Shown in pieces: positions 22,530 to 31,753 of a stretch of DNA of 64,000 bases. The stretch covers positions 416,001 to 480,000 of the forward strand of contig OZ253580.1 of assembly GCA_965263035.1 (NCBI GenBank), written 5' to 3'. The notes beneath the pieces were generated by a model, which did not search any database, was not told where the DNA came from, and saw nothing but the letters and a program-made list of their open reading frames with translations. Within the stretch, counting starts at the first letter, position 1; each line of letters starts with the position of its first letter. The position numbers were made by a program, and so were the translations under genes. The DNA comes from Acidobacteriota bacterium (GTDB taxonomy: Bacteria; Acidobacteriota; UBA6911; RPQK01; JAJDTT01).

Positions 22530-23273
22530 ATGAAGATTCAGAAGCTTTTCCAAAAAACCCGTTTCGGCATCTTCGCCCTCTTCGGGCTGATCGTGCTGTC
22601 CACGTCGATTCTGTGCATCTACACCGTCGACACCCAGTTGTCGGCGGAATACGAGACCAACACCAGGAATATCGCCAAGACCATTGCCGACGCCAGCGTG
22701 GACATCCTCCTGAACCGGAACCTGGCGACGCTGCAGTCGATGATCGACCAGTTCGTGGAGATTCAGGGAATCCGCTACATCTACATCACCAGTGAGTCGG
22801 GCGAATACCTGGCTCATACCTTCGTGCCGGGAATACCCGAGCAGGTCCGGGCCAGCGATCCGTCCAGCACCGAACCGGTCGAACGGAGCATACCGGGGAT
22901 GGGGGATTTCGTAGAAGTGGGCAGCCCCATCCTGGCCGGTGTCGCGGGCACGGTCCACGTGGGAATGGATCTGGACCTGGTTGCACTCAAGATCCAGCGG
23001 GCCATCGGTCAGCAGGTCATCCTCATCTGCATCTTTCTCGTGGTCAGTGTTCTGGCGTCGATCTGGTTCGTCAACCTGGCGGCAAAGCCTCTGGGTGGAC
23101 TCCTCGCCTATGCCGTCGACGTGGCCGGAGACAGAGAACCGGACACGTCGAGGGAGGACGAGCTGCTGGCCCGGGACGATGAAGTCGGAGACCTGGCCCG
23201 CCTCTTTCGTTACGTGTCCGAACGCGGGTCCGGTTCGAAGCGGTCCGGGGCCACGCCGGGACAGGCCGGGTAG
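22530..23273 (+). CDS. Two-TM sensor-like protein with periplasmic domain and HAMP-like tail, no output domain
   Basis: TM, ~150-aa extracytoplasmic domain, TM, then AKPLGGL..RDDEVGDLARLF and stop. Confidence 0.7.
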   Translation: MKIQKLFQKTRFGIFALFGLIVLSTSILCIYTVDTQLSAEYETNTRNIAKTIADASVDILLNRNLATLQSMIDQFVEIQGIRYIYITSESGEYLAHTFVPGIPEQVRASDPSSTEPVERSIPGMGDFVEVGSPILAGVAGTVHVGMDLDLVALKIQRAIGQQVILICIFLVVSVLASIWFVNLAAKPLGGLLAYAVDVAGDREPDTSREDELLARDDEVGDLARLFRYVSERGSGSKRSGATPGQAG

Positions 23274-23287
23274 GAGGAAGTCGAGCG

Positions 23288-24598
23288 GTGCGCATACCGC
23301 GAAGCGTCATAGCTCTTATCTGCACGACTCTTCAAATCTGCTTCGGCACGGTCTACGCGTGGAGCTTCTTTCAGACGATGCTGGTCCGGCAGATGGGCTG
23401 GACCCATACTCAGACCGCCTGGGCCTTCAGTATCGCCATCTTCTCGCTGGGCGTTTCGGCGGCCTGGGCGGGAAGCATGCTGCCCCGGCTGGGTCCCCGG
23501 ATACTGGCCCTGGCCGGCAGCATCATGTTCTCCGGCGGATACCTGATCGCGGGTACGGCGCTCCAATTCGATCTGGTCCCCCTTTTCTACCTGGGCTACG
23601 GGGTGATCGGCGGCGCCGGAATCGGCTTCGGATACGTGACGCCGGTCGCCACGGTCGCCACGGTCGCCAAGTGGTTTCCCGACCGCAAGGGGCTGGCCAC
23701 CGGCATCGTGGTGATGGGATTCGGCGTCGGCGCGTTTCTTCTGAGCAAGGGACTGGCGCCGTTCCTGATCGTCGGGACGGCAGGAGCGCTGCCGCTGGTC
23801 TTCTTCTGGATGGGGATCATATTCGCCTGCATCCTGATTCCCTGCAGTCTTCTCCTGAGCGATCCCCCCGCGCCTGCTTCTCCGGGCGCCGGCAACCGGA
23901 CCTCCCTTCGGGACGCCGAACCCCAGTCTGCCCGGACCTATTTGGGCACCACCCAGTTCGTCATCATGTGGACGGTGTTCTTCTTCAACATCGCCGCCGG
24001 GATATCGGTGATCAGCTTCCAGTCGGAGCTCCTGCAGGAGGTCTGGGGACTCGCCGATCCCTCGATCGAGCCGACCACGCTTGCGGCATACGGAGCGACG
24101 CTCATCGCCGTCAGTTCGCTCTGCAACGGAGTGGGGCGCCTCTTCTGGGGACTCCTCTCGGACCGCTTGGGCCGGGCTGCGGTCTTCCGCATCCTGCTGG
24201 CCAGCCAGATGGTGGTCTTCGGGGTTCTGATGACGGAGACCAACCCCTGGATCTTCTCGATCCTGGTCTGTTACGTGCTCCTCTGTTTCGGCGGCGGGTT
24301 CGCCACCATGCCCTCTTTCGTGCTCGACGTCTTCGGCACCAGGAAGATGTCCACCATCTATGGCGTGATTCTCACGGCGTGGGCCGCCGCCGGCATCTGC
24401 GGACCGCTCTACATGGGGTATCTGAAGGACACCTACCCCGACCGGGCCGTTATGTACTGCTTTCTCATCGGCATCCTCATGCTGGGCGCCGGGTATCTGT
24501 TCTCCTACCTGCTCAATGACGGGCGGATTCGACTGGGGCGTCCGACCCTGGAGAGCACGTTGCACCGGTATGGGATTCCGGTGCCGGGCAAGAGCTGA
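23288..24598 (+). CDS. OFA-family (oxalate/formate antiporter-like) MFS transporter
   Basis: GTVYAWSFF, GYGVIGGAGIGFGY, KWFPDRKGLATGIVVMGFGVG, NGVGRLFWGLLSDRLGR; 9-nt in-frame duplication (VATVAT). Confidence 0.9.
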   Translation: MRIPRSVIALICTTLQICFGTVYAWSFFQTMLVRQMGWTHTQTAWAFSIAIFSLGVSAAWAGSMLPRLGPRILALAGSIMFSGGYLIAGTALQFDLVPLFYLGYGVIGGAGIGFGYVTPVATVATVAKWFPDRKGLATGIVVMGFGVGAFLLSKGLAPFLIVGTAGALPLVFFWMGIIFACILIPCSLLLSDPPAPASPGAGNRTSLRDAEPQSARTYLGTTQFVIMWTVFFFNIAAGISVISFQSELLQEVWGLADPSIEPTTLAAYGATLIAVSSLCNGVGRLFWGLLSDRLGRAAVFRILLASQMVVFGVLMTETNPWIFSILVCYVLLCFGGGFATMPSFVLDVFGTRKMSTIYGVILTAWAAAGICGPLYMGYLKDTYPDRAVMYCFLIGILMLGAGYLFSYLLNDGRIRLGRPTLESTLHRYGIPVPGKS

Positions 24599-24737
24599 AA
24601 ACGGCCCGGCGGGTTTGTTGCAGCCCGGATCGGAATGCTTCAAATCGTGATTTTTTCAGTCCGACTTCCGGCACCGGATTGCGGTATCCTTTTCCGGGCG
24701 ATCGGCTCCCGAGTTTGGCGCCGGCGATCGAAGGATC

Positions 24738-25250
24738 ATGCGAAGACGCGAGTGGTTTCAGAAATTGGTGGGCGGCGTCATAGGAATCGGCCTGTTGGTC
24801 GTCCCCCTGGGAGCGGGCCTTCTCTTCCTTCTCAACCCCCTTCGCCGTCGTGCCGAGCAGCACGGCTTCAACCGCGTGGCCTCCGTCGACAGCCTTCCGA
24901 TGGGCACCCCCCGTCACTTCCGGGTGCGAGGCCAGCGCCGGGACGCCTGGGAAGTGGGCGCCCAGGTTCCGCTGGGAGCCGTTTACCTGGTGCGGCAGGA
25001 GACCGGTATCCGGGCCTTCCAGGTCATCTGTCCCCATGCCGGATGCTTCGTCGGATATGAAACGGCCAAGCGCCGGTTCCTCTGTCCCTGCCACGACAGC
25101 TCCTTCGGGCTGGACGGCGCCATTGCCGATCCGGAGAGCCCGTCTCCCCGGGGTCTGGACGAACTGGAGGTCAAGATCGAAAAGGGCGAGGTCCTGGTGC
25201 GCTACCAGGAGTTTCGACCCGGCGTACGCGAGAGGGTCGCCATCTCGTGA
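24738..25250 (+). CDS. Rieske [2Fe-2S] subunit of a cytochrome bc complex
   Basis: RRRE Tat/TM anchor, CPHAGC and CPCHDSSF boxes, PSPRGLD. Confidence 0.92.
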   Translation: MRRREWFQKLVGGVIGIGLLVVPLGAGLLFLLNPLRRRAEQHGFNRVASVDSLPMGTPRHFRVRGQRRDAWEVGAQVPLGAVYLVRQETGIRAFQVICPHAGCFVGYETAKRRFLCPCHDSSFGLDGAIADPESPSPRGLDELEVKIEKGEVLVRYQEFRPGVRERVAIS

Positions 25251-27073
25251 GCCGCCCGAGCGACTGGCTGGATCGCAGGACGGGCTACCGGCGACTCGTG
25301 TCCTGGCTGCTTTACGAGTCGATCCCGGGCGGCGCCAGATGGCGCTATGTCTGGGGGAGCACCCTGGTCTTCACCTTCCTGCTCCAGCTCTTCACCGGTC
25401 TCCTCCTTTGGACCGCCTACAGTCCGTCGATCCGGGCGGCCTGGGAGAGCGTCTACTTCATCCAGCACCAGATGGAGCTGGGCTGGTTCATCCGGGGGCT
25501 GCATCACTACGCCTCCCACGCCATGATCGTGCTGCTGGTCCTCCATCTCATACAGGTGGTGATCGCGGGTGCCTACCGTTCTCCCCGCGAGATCAACTGG
25601 TGGTTCGGACTGCTTCTGATGGGGCTGGTGGTGGGAACGGCCCTCACCGGATACCTGTTGCCCTGGGACGAACGGGGATACTGGGCCACCCAGGTCACCA
25701 CCAAGATCCTGGGGATCGTGCCGCTGCTGGGACCGACCCTGGAGCGCCTTCTTCTGGGCGGACCCACCTACGGACATCACACGCTCACACGTTTCTTCGC
25801 GCTTCACGCCGGATTGTTGCCGGCTCTTCTGGTGCTCGTGACAGTGCTGCACGTCGTCCTGTTCCGCCGCCACGGCGTGACCCATCCCGAGGACGCCAAG
25901 GGAGAGACCTATTTCTGGCCCCGGCAGGCGTTTCTGGACGGCCTCGCCTGCTTGGCCGTGCTGGTGGTCCTGGCGGCGATGGCAGGCTGGGGCGGTTGGG
26001 AACAGGGCTTCGTCTTCGGACCCGAAGGCGGAGCTCCCCTGGACGCGCCGGCCGATCCTTCCCGGCCCTCCCCGTCGGCACGTCCCGAATGGTACTTGCT
26101 CTTTCTTTACCAGTTCCTGAAGTACTTTCCAGGACGGAGCGAGGTGATCGGCGCTGTGGTTATTCCCTCGTTCGTGGTGGGAGTGATGTTCTGCTTCCCT
26201 TTTCTGAGCCGCATCCGCCGGGGCCACGCGTTGTGCGTCGGGATCACCTTCGCCACCCTCACCGCTGCGCTGCTGCTGACGGTGACGGCCATTCGGGAAG
26301 ATCAGACCCGGCCCATGTACGAGGCGGGACTGGCCGATGCGGAGAAGAAGACCGGGCGCATCCTGGAGTTGGCCAGGGAAAACGGGATTCCTCCCGACGG
26401 CGCCCTGGCGATGTTGCACCGGGACCCTCAGACTCAGGGTCCGACGCTGTTTCGAGACAACTGCTCCGCCTGCCACCGCTGGGACAGCCATGACGGTACC
26501 GGGGCCCAGGTGACGGAGATCCGGGACGGAGCATCGCTGGCCGTCCCTCCCGGCGCCAGCGATCTGGCCGGTTTCGGGACTCCGGAATGGGTCGCCGAAT
26601 TTCTGAAGGATCCGTCGGCGGAGCGCTTCTTCGGACAGACCCCTCACCGGGATGGGACCATGGTTCAGTGGGCGAGGAAGAACATCCCCCTCATGACGGA
26701 ACGTGAGATCGATGCCGTGTCCGCTTTCGTCATCCACCAGACGAGAGATTCCGAATCAGCGGCGGCGGACCCGGAACTCATGGCGCTCGGAGCGCACGTT
26801 TTCTCGTCAGGAAATTCAGAAGGGGCTCAAGGTTGCATCACGTGCCATCAACTCGACCACCCGGAGGTTTCGGGGTCGGGAATGGCCCTGGGACCGGACC
26901 TGACCGGATATGGTTCTGCGGAGTGGCTGGGCGGAATCATCAGGGATTCTTCCCAACCTCGTTTCTACGGTAACCAGAATTCCGGGATGCCGAAGTTCGC
27001 CCACCGGCTCCGAAACCAGGAGCTCCAACTCCTGACCGAATGGATCCTTGAGGAGAGCCAGACCGAAAAATAG
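25247..27073 (+). CDS. Cytochrome b (b6 plus subunit IV) fused to a dihaem cytochrome c
   Basis: GWFIRGLHHY, TGYLLPWD, LTRFFALH, RPEWY, then CSACH and CITCH. Confidence 0.92.
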   Translation: MSRPSDWLDRRTGYRRLVSWLLYESIPGGARWRYVWGSTLVFTFLLQLFTGLLLWTAYSPSIRAAWESVYFIQHQMELGWFIRGLHHYASHAMIVLLVLHLIQVVIAGAYRSPREINWWFGLLLMGLVVGTALTGYLLPWDERGYWATQVTTKILGIVPLLGPTLERLLLGGPTYGHHTLTRFFALHAGLLPALLVLVTVLHVVLFRRHGVTHPEDAKGETYFWPRQAFLDGLACLAVLVVLAAMAGWGGWEQGFVFGPEGGAPLDAPADPSRPSPSARPEWYLLFLYQFLKYFPGRSEVIGAVVIPSFVVGVMFCFPFLSRIRRGHALCVGITFATLTAALLLTVTAIREDQTRPMYEAGLADAEKKTGRILELARENGIPPDGALAMLHRDPQTQGPTLFRDNCSACHRWDSHDGTGAQVTEIRDGASLAVPPGASDLAGFGTPEWVAEFLKDPSAERFFGQTPHRDGTMVQWARKNIPLMTEREIDAVSAFVIHQTRDSESAAADPELMALGAHVFSSGNSEGAQGCITCHQLDHPEVSGSGMALGPDLTGYGSAEWLGGIIRDSSQPRFYGNQNSGMPKFAHRLRNQELQLLTEWILEESQTEK

Positions 27074-27079
27074 AGGACA

Positions 27080-29194
27080 GTGATCATGAAGCCGGAAATC
27101 GTGTCCGACCGGAAGCATCTCACCGCCGCTTCGGACGGCTTCGGAACCGGCTCCCGGGCCCTGTCCTTAACAGCCCGTGGCAAAAGTCGTCGCGGCATTC
27201 GACCGTCCCTGCATCCCGGCGGACTGCGTTGCGATTCGGTCACATACTCCCGGTATGCTCCCTCATCGCGCCTTGTCCGGCGGGCGCAGGAACGGTCTCG
27301 GTGCTCGCGGGACTTTCACCACGGACTGTTAATGGTCCTGGCCGCTGCCGTCCTACTCCCGGCCTGTACTCAACCGGTGCCGGTCGAGACTCGGGAGGAC
27401 GGCCGACTCCCCATCTTCCATCGGACCGAAACTCCCATCTACTTCACCGATCTCAGCCGGTCCCAACCGGCCTCGGCCCTGACCCGCCAAGAGAAACGTT
27501 TCGCCTGGAGACTCATCGACTACGTGGCCGAGGATTTCAAGGGAACCCTGGTTTTTGCGGGAGAGGAGGCTCAGGCGCCCGACCTGACCCTGTCGCTGGA
27601 CACCACCGGCGTCCACGACGTGTACGTGGGCATGTTCAATACGGCCTGGAGGCCCTACCAGAACCTGAATGCGCGGGCCAAGCTGACCGGCGACCCGGCT
27701 TTTTCGACCCTTTTCCTGCCGGCTCCAGAGGGACTGACTTCGGGGGTGCCGGAGGACGACACTGTCCGGGGCCCGCGGATTCAGGACGTCTACTTCAAGA
27801 CGGCCGATCTGAGCGGGCAGGACCTCATCATCCGGCAACCCTGCCAACGGATCGTCCCCCCGGACCAGGAGTACGGCAACCCGTGCGAGAAGGTCTGGAT
27901 CGCCTACGTCAAGCTGGTGCCGCTGAACCCGGAAGAGGTGGCCACCCTGGAGCAGGATCGGGCGCGGACCGATACCCGCCGGCTCTTCGGCTACAACGAT
28001 TCCTGGGGCGTGGCCTGGGGACGTGCGGAGCCGGCCTCGGCGGAGTTCGTCCGTTCACACCTGGAACCCTACCGCGGCACCGATTTCCGGCGGATCTACT
28101 GGGACGGGGTCCACGGGGACGTCTGCAACTACTTCACCCGGGTCGGAAGGATGTGGACCCGGGAACACTATCCTCTGGAGGATTTCGTCCGGACCGGCGA
28201 CCGGCTGCTGGTCGAGTCCTGGACCGAGTACGTGGAGAAAGGGATCGACCCTCTTCAGGTGGCGGCCGACGCCGCCCGCGAGATGGGCCTCGAGATTCAC
28301 GTCAACTACCGGCTGGGTTGGGGGCCCTTCTACTGGCCGCCCCCCTGGGAAGCCTTCAACCGGGGAGGTTTCTGGGACCGGCATCCCGAGTGGCGCACGG
28401 TGTGTCGGGACGGCACCCGCGGCACCGCCATGTCCCTGGCCTTTCCGGGGGTTCGGGACTACATGCTGAGTTTCGTGCGGGAGATGGCTGCCTATCCCGT
28501 CGACGGCATCGCCATCCTCTACAACCGCCAACCCCCGTACGTCGAGTATGAAGCTCCCCTGGTGGAGGGTTTCAAGGGCGAATTCGGTAGGGACCCAAGG
28601 GAGATGGACGGTCAGGATCCGGAGTGGCGCGACTGGTTGGCCTACCGGAGCCGGGCCGCCACCCAATTCATGAAGGACCTGCGCCGGACGCTACAAGAAT
28701 CGGCCCGGGAACAGGGCCGTGGCAAACCCTTCGAGATCACGGCGTGGGTCTTCGGCAACCTTCAGGAGAACCTGGAATTCGGACTGGATCCGGAGACCTG
28801 GGTGCGGGAGGGGCTGGTGGACACCCTGATCCCCTACTCCTCGGCCAAACATCTCTTCAGTTGGCAGCCGTCGTGGGAAGACCCGCGGGACGTGGCCGCG
28901 TGGGTGTCCCTGACCCAAGGAACCCGGACCAAGCTCGCGCTGAACGTCATGCCCCGGAACCTGCCGGTGGCCGAATACCGGCGCAAGGCCCATTCCCTTT
29001 ACGGCGCCGGAGTGGAGTACCTGGCTTTCTGGGACACGGTTATCCACGGAAGCGCCTCATCCCTGGCTCTGAGGCGCCTCGGACACGCCGAAGAGATCGC
29101 CGCCTGGCTGAGAGCGGGACAGCCTGCGGAAAAGCTGCCCTTCTCTCGACTGCGAAAATTGGGCGACTGGGACTTGAGCTTCTTCCCTGAATGA
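27080..29194 (+). CDS. Putative lipoprotein, glycoside hydrolase-like 10 (GHL10) TIM-barrel protein, with an in-frame MITE in its signal peptide
   Basis: Lipobox-like LPAC; AAREMGLEIHVNYR, HPEW, SLAFPGVRDY, YPVDGI. Confidence 0.7.
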   Translation: MIMKPEIVSDRKHLTAASDGFGTGSRALSLTARGKSRRGIRPSLHPGGLRCDSVTYSRYAPSSRLVRRAQERSRCSRDFHHGLLMVLAAAVLLPACTQPVPVETREDGRLPIFHRTETPIYFTDLSRSQPASALTRQEKRFAWRLIDYVAEDFKGTLVFAGEEAQAPDLTLSLDTTGVHDVYVGMFNTAWRPYQNLNARAKLTGDPAFSTLFLPAPEGLTSGVPEDDTVRGPRIQDVYFKTADLSGQDLIIRQPCQRIVPPDQEYGNPCEKVWIAYVKLVPLNPEEVATLEQDRARTDTRRLFGYNDSWGVAWGRAEPASAEFVRSHLEPYRGTDFRRIYWDGVHGDVCNYFTRVGRMWTREHYPLEDFVRTGDRLLVESWTEYVEKGIDPLQVAADAAREMGLEIHVNYRLGWGPFYWPPPWEAFNRGGFWDRHPEWRTVCRDGTRGTAMSLAFPGVRDYMLSFVREMAAYPVDGIAILYNRQPPYVEYEAPLVEGFKGEFGRDPREMDGQDPEWRDWLAYRSRAATQFMKDLRRTLQESAREQGRGKPFEITAWVFGNLQENLEFGLDPETWVREGLVDTLIPYSSAKHLFSWQPSWEDPRDVAAWVSLTQGTRTKLALNVMPRNLPVAEYRRKAHSLYGAGVEYLAFWDTVIHGSASSLALRRLGHAEEIAAWLRAGQPAEKLPFSRLRKLGDWDLSFFPE
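27171..27328. mobile_element. 158-bp MITE with imperfect TIRs and TTAA target duplication
   Basis: TTAA|CAGCCCGTGGCAAAAGTC ... GACTTTCACCACGGACTG|TTAA; internal hairpins such as CATAC-TCCCG-GTATG. Confidence 0.85.
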
Positions 29195-29230
29195 ACTCGC
29201 ACTGCACTCTCAAGCAGGGGGACTGATCCC

Positions 29231-30000
29231 ATGGAGAATCGCATCGCTTTAGTGACCGGCGCCGGCCGTGGCATCGGACGCGCCATCGCTGCCGGGCTCG
29301 CCGCCGAAGGCGCCCGAGTCGCCGTCACCGCACGCAGCCTGGACGAGCTGGAGAACTTGGCCCGGGAAGTGAAAGCCGGGGGTGGAGCCGCGCTGGTGGT
29401 TCCGGGCGACCTGTCAGATCGATCGGGGCCGGCCCGCATCGTCCGGACCGTCACGGAAACCTGGGGCCCCATCGAAATCCTGGTCAACAACGCCGGTGTG
29501 GGAAGCAGTCAGAATCCCAAGGCTCTGGTCGATTTCGACGACGACTTCTGGGACCTGACGCTCATGGTAAACCTGACCGCTCCCTACCTCCTCACCAAGC
29601 TGGTCCTCCCCTCCATGATGGAGCGGGGATGGGGACGGATCATCAACATCTCGTCCATCGCCGGAAGGATCGGAAGCGAGCACGGCGCCGCCTATGGCGC
29701 CAGCAAACACGGCCTGTTGGGGCTGACCCGCAGCACGGCCGTGGAAGGAGCCCCCCACGGCATCACCGCCAATGCCGTCTGTCCCGGCGTGACCCGCTCC
29801 CGCCTCAACGACCGGCGCCTGGAGTACGACTCGCAGCGGCTGGGGATCAGCTTCGAACAGTTGGAAAAGGAATCCACGCCTCTGGGCCGGCGCCTCGAAC
29901 CCGAAGAGGTCGCCGTCCTGGCCGTCCAGCTGGCCCGGGACGAAGCAGAGGCATCAACGGCCAGTCCATTAACGTCTGTGGCGGCCGGGTGTTCAGCTAA
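29231..30000 (+). pseudogene. SDR-family oxidoreductase with a 1-nt deletion near the 3' end (or read error)
   Basis: TGAGRGIG, NNAG, YGASK; the normal C-terminus GINGQSINVCGGRVFS* lies in another frame after ~29947. Confidence 0.82.
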
Positions 30001-30013
30001 GCCGCCAAACCTT

Positions 30014-30253
30014 GGAGGGACGGTTTTCTTGCCGCCCTTTGCGGGGGACAGTCTTGTCCCCCGCTGGGAGGGGCGACTTTCTTGTCGCCCATTGGGACAG
30101 GCGGCTTTCTTGCCGCCTGCTCTTCCATGTTGCTATGCGATTCGGTGGCCTCAAAGTGTAGGAAAGTGTAAAGGGGGGACTCCGTTCCCCCCTGGTCGGC
30201 GACAAGAAAGTCGCCGCTCCACCCCCCATCGGCGACAAGAAAGGCGCCGCTCC
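30014..30253. repeat. REP/BIME-like palindromic array A
   Basis: Several GGA(G/C)-GGCGAC-TTTCTT-GTCGCC hairpins in both orientations plus a GGGGGGAC..CCCCCC unit. Confidence 0.85.
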
Positions 30254-30298
30254 CGCGTCTTCCTTTTTGTCGGCGCACGGGACTATAGTGGTCAGGCT

Positions 30299-31567
30299 AT
30301 GCCACTCAAGAAATCAGAGCTCGATCGAAGAGGATTCTTCCGGAAGACTGCACTCACTGCTGCCGCTCTCTCGGCTCGAAGCTACGGGCGGGTCCTGGGG
30401 GCCAATCATCGGCTCCGCATCGGAATCATCGGCTGCGGAAAGATCGCCGGCAGCCATCATCTGCCCAAGCTGCTGAAGATGGCCGAGGCCGCCAACGTCG
30501 AGGTCGTGGCCGTGTCGGACGTCTACCGGACCCGAGCCCGGAAGTTCCAGGATCGAATCTCGAAGGCCGGGGGAAGCGCCGTGGACAAGGTCCACCATCA
30601 GGACCTGCTGGAGATGAAGGATGTGGATTACGTCGTCATCGCCACGCCGGAGCACTGGCACCACCGGCAAACCCTGGACGCACTGGATGCGGGAAAGCAC
30701 GTCTATTGCGAAAAGCCCATGACCCACACCATTCCCGAAGCCCAGGAGGTGGTTCGGAGGGTCCGGGAGACGGGTCTCAAGATGCAGGTCGGCGTCCAGG
30801 GGATGAGCGACGACAGCTACTCCAGCGCCAATCGGGCCATACGGGCCGGCAAGCTGGGTACGGTGGTGGAAGCCCAGTTGGAGTATGTGCGCAATCACCC
30901 CCTGAACAAGGGACCCTGGCGCAGAGGGATCCGGTCCGACGCTTCCAAGCCTCCCGATCTGGACTGGGATCGCTGGCTGGGACCGGCGACCAAGCGGCCC
31001 TGGTCTCCCCATCGCTACTTCGAATGGCGCAACTACAGGGACTACTCGGGCGGGATCTCGACGGACCTGTTCATTCACCGCCTCACCCGGGTGCTGAAAG
31101 CCTGCGAACTGACGTATCCGAATTCGGTAGCCGGGTTGGGGGGAATCTACATCTGGGACGACGGTCGAGACGTGCCCGACAACTTGGAGATGATCGCCGA
31201 ATACCCGGCAATCGAAGGAATAACCAATGGGATGACCCTTCACATGCTGGGCACCATGGCGAATAAGCACGGTGTCGAGCACTGTATCCGGGGGCACAAG
31301 GGCACCCTGGTCTTCACCAAGAGAGGTTGGAAGATCCTGGATCAGGGAACCGGCAAAGTCGTGGAAACCCACAAGAAGACGGGCGCCGAGGACATGGCGC
31401 TCCACCATCGCAACCTGCAGTCGGCCATTCGGGACGGCAAGGCATTGGCGTGTCCCGCTGAGTTGGGAATGCGCGGAGTGGTCGCCGTGGTCATGTGCAA
31501 CGAGTCCTGGGCTCGAAGGAAGCTCATGACCTGGGATTCCGAAAAGCAGGAGATGCTCGAGGCTTAG
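30299..31567 (+). CDS. Gfo/Idh/MocA-family oxidoreductase, Tat-exported
   Basis: DRRGFFR leader, RIGIIGCG, IATPEHWH, GKHVYCEKPM, LDWDRWLGPA. Confidence 0.9.
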   Translation: MPLKKSELDRRGFFRKTALTAAALSARSYGRVLGANHRLRIGIIGCGKIAGSHHLPKLLKMAEAANVEVVAVSDVYRTRARKFQDRISKAGGSAVDKVHHQDLLEMKDVDYVVIATPEHWHHRQTLDALDAGKHVYCEKPMTHTIPEAQEVVRRVRETGLKMQVGVQGMSDDSYSSANRAIRAGKLGTVVEAQLEYVRNHPLNKGPWRRGIRSDASKPPDLDWDRWLGPATKRPWSPHRYFEWRNYRDYSGGISTDLFIHRLTRVLKACELTYPNSVAGLGGIYIWDDGRDVPDNLEMIAEYPAIEGITNGMTLHMLGTMANKHGVEHCIRGHKGTLVFTKRGWKILDQGTGKVVETHKKTGAEDMALHHRNLQSAIRDGKALACPAELGMRGVVAVVMCNESWARRKLMTWDSEKQEMLEA

Positions 31568-31753
31568 GAGCCTGCGCCGCAGAAATTGATCTACTGCGAA
31601 AGCGGTAGAATCGGTCCATATTTCCTCGATTTCTCGGCGAATAGAACAACTATGCACCTCCAAATCGAGAAAATCTGGCCTCGATTCCCCACTTTCTCGC
31701 TACGATCATTTCTACAGCGCAGCCTCCTTAGCCCGCGACGGGCTCATCCAGGT

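Noticed and set aside
30014-30253. Repeat clusters here and at 44875-45026 and 46346-46524 as CRISPR arrays
   Set aside because: Units vary, occur in both orientations, lack regular unique spacers, and no cas genes are present
29231-31567. 778-aa SDR-Gfo/Idh/MocA protein as an evolved bifunctional enzyme
   Set aside because: The linker is REP DNA, the SDR's own C-terminus is in another frame, and the second enzyme has its own Tat leader
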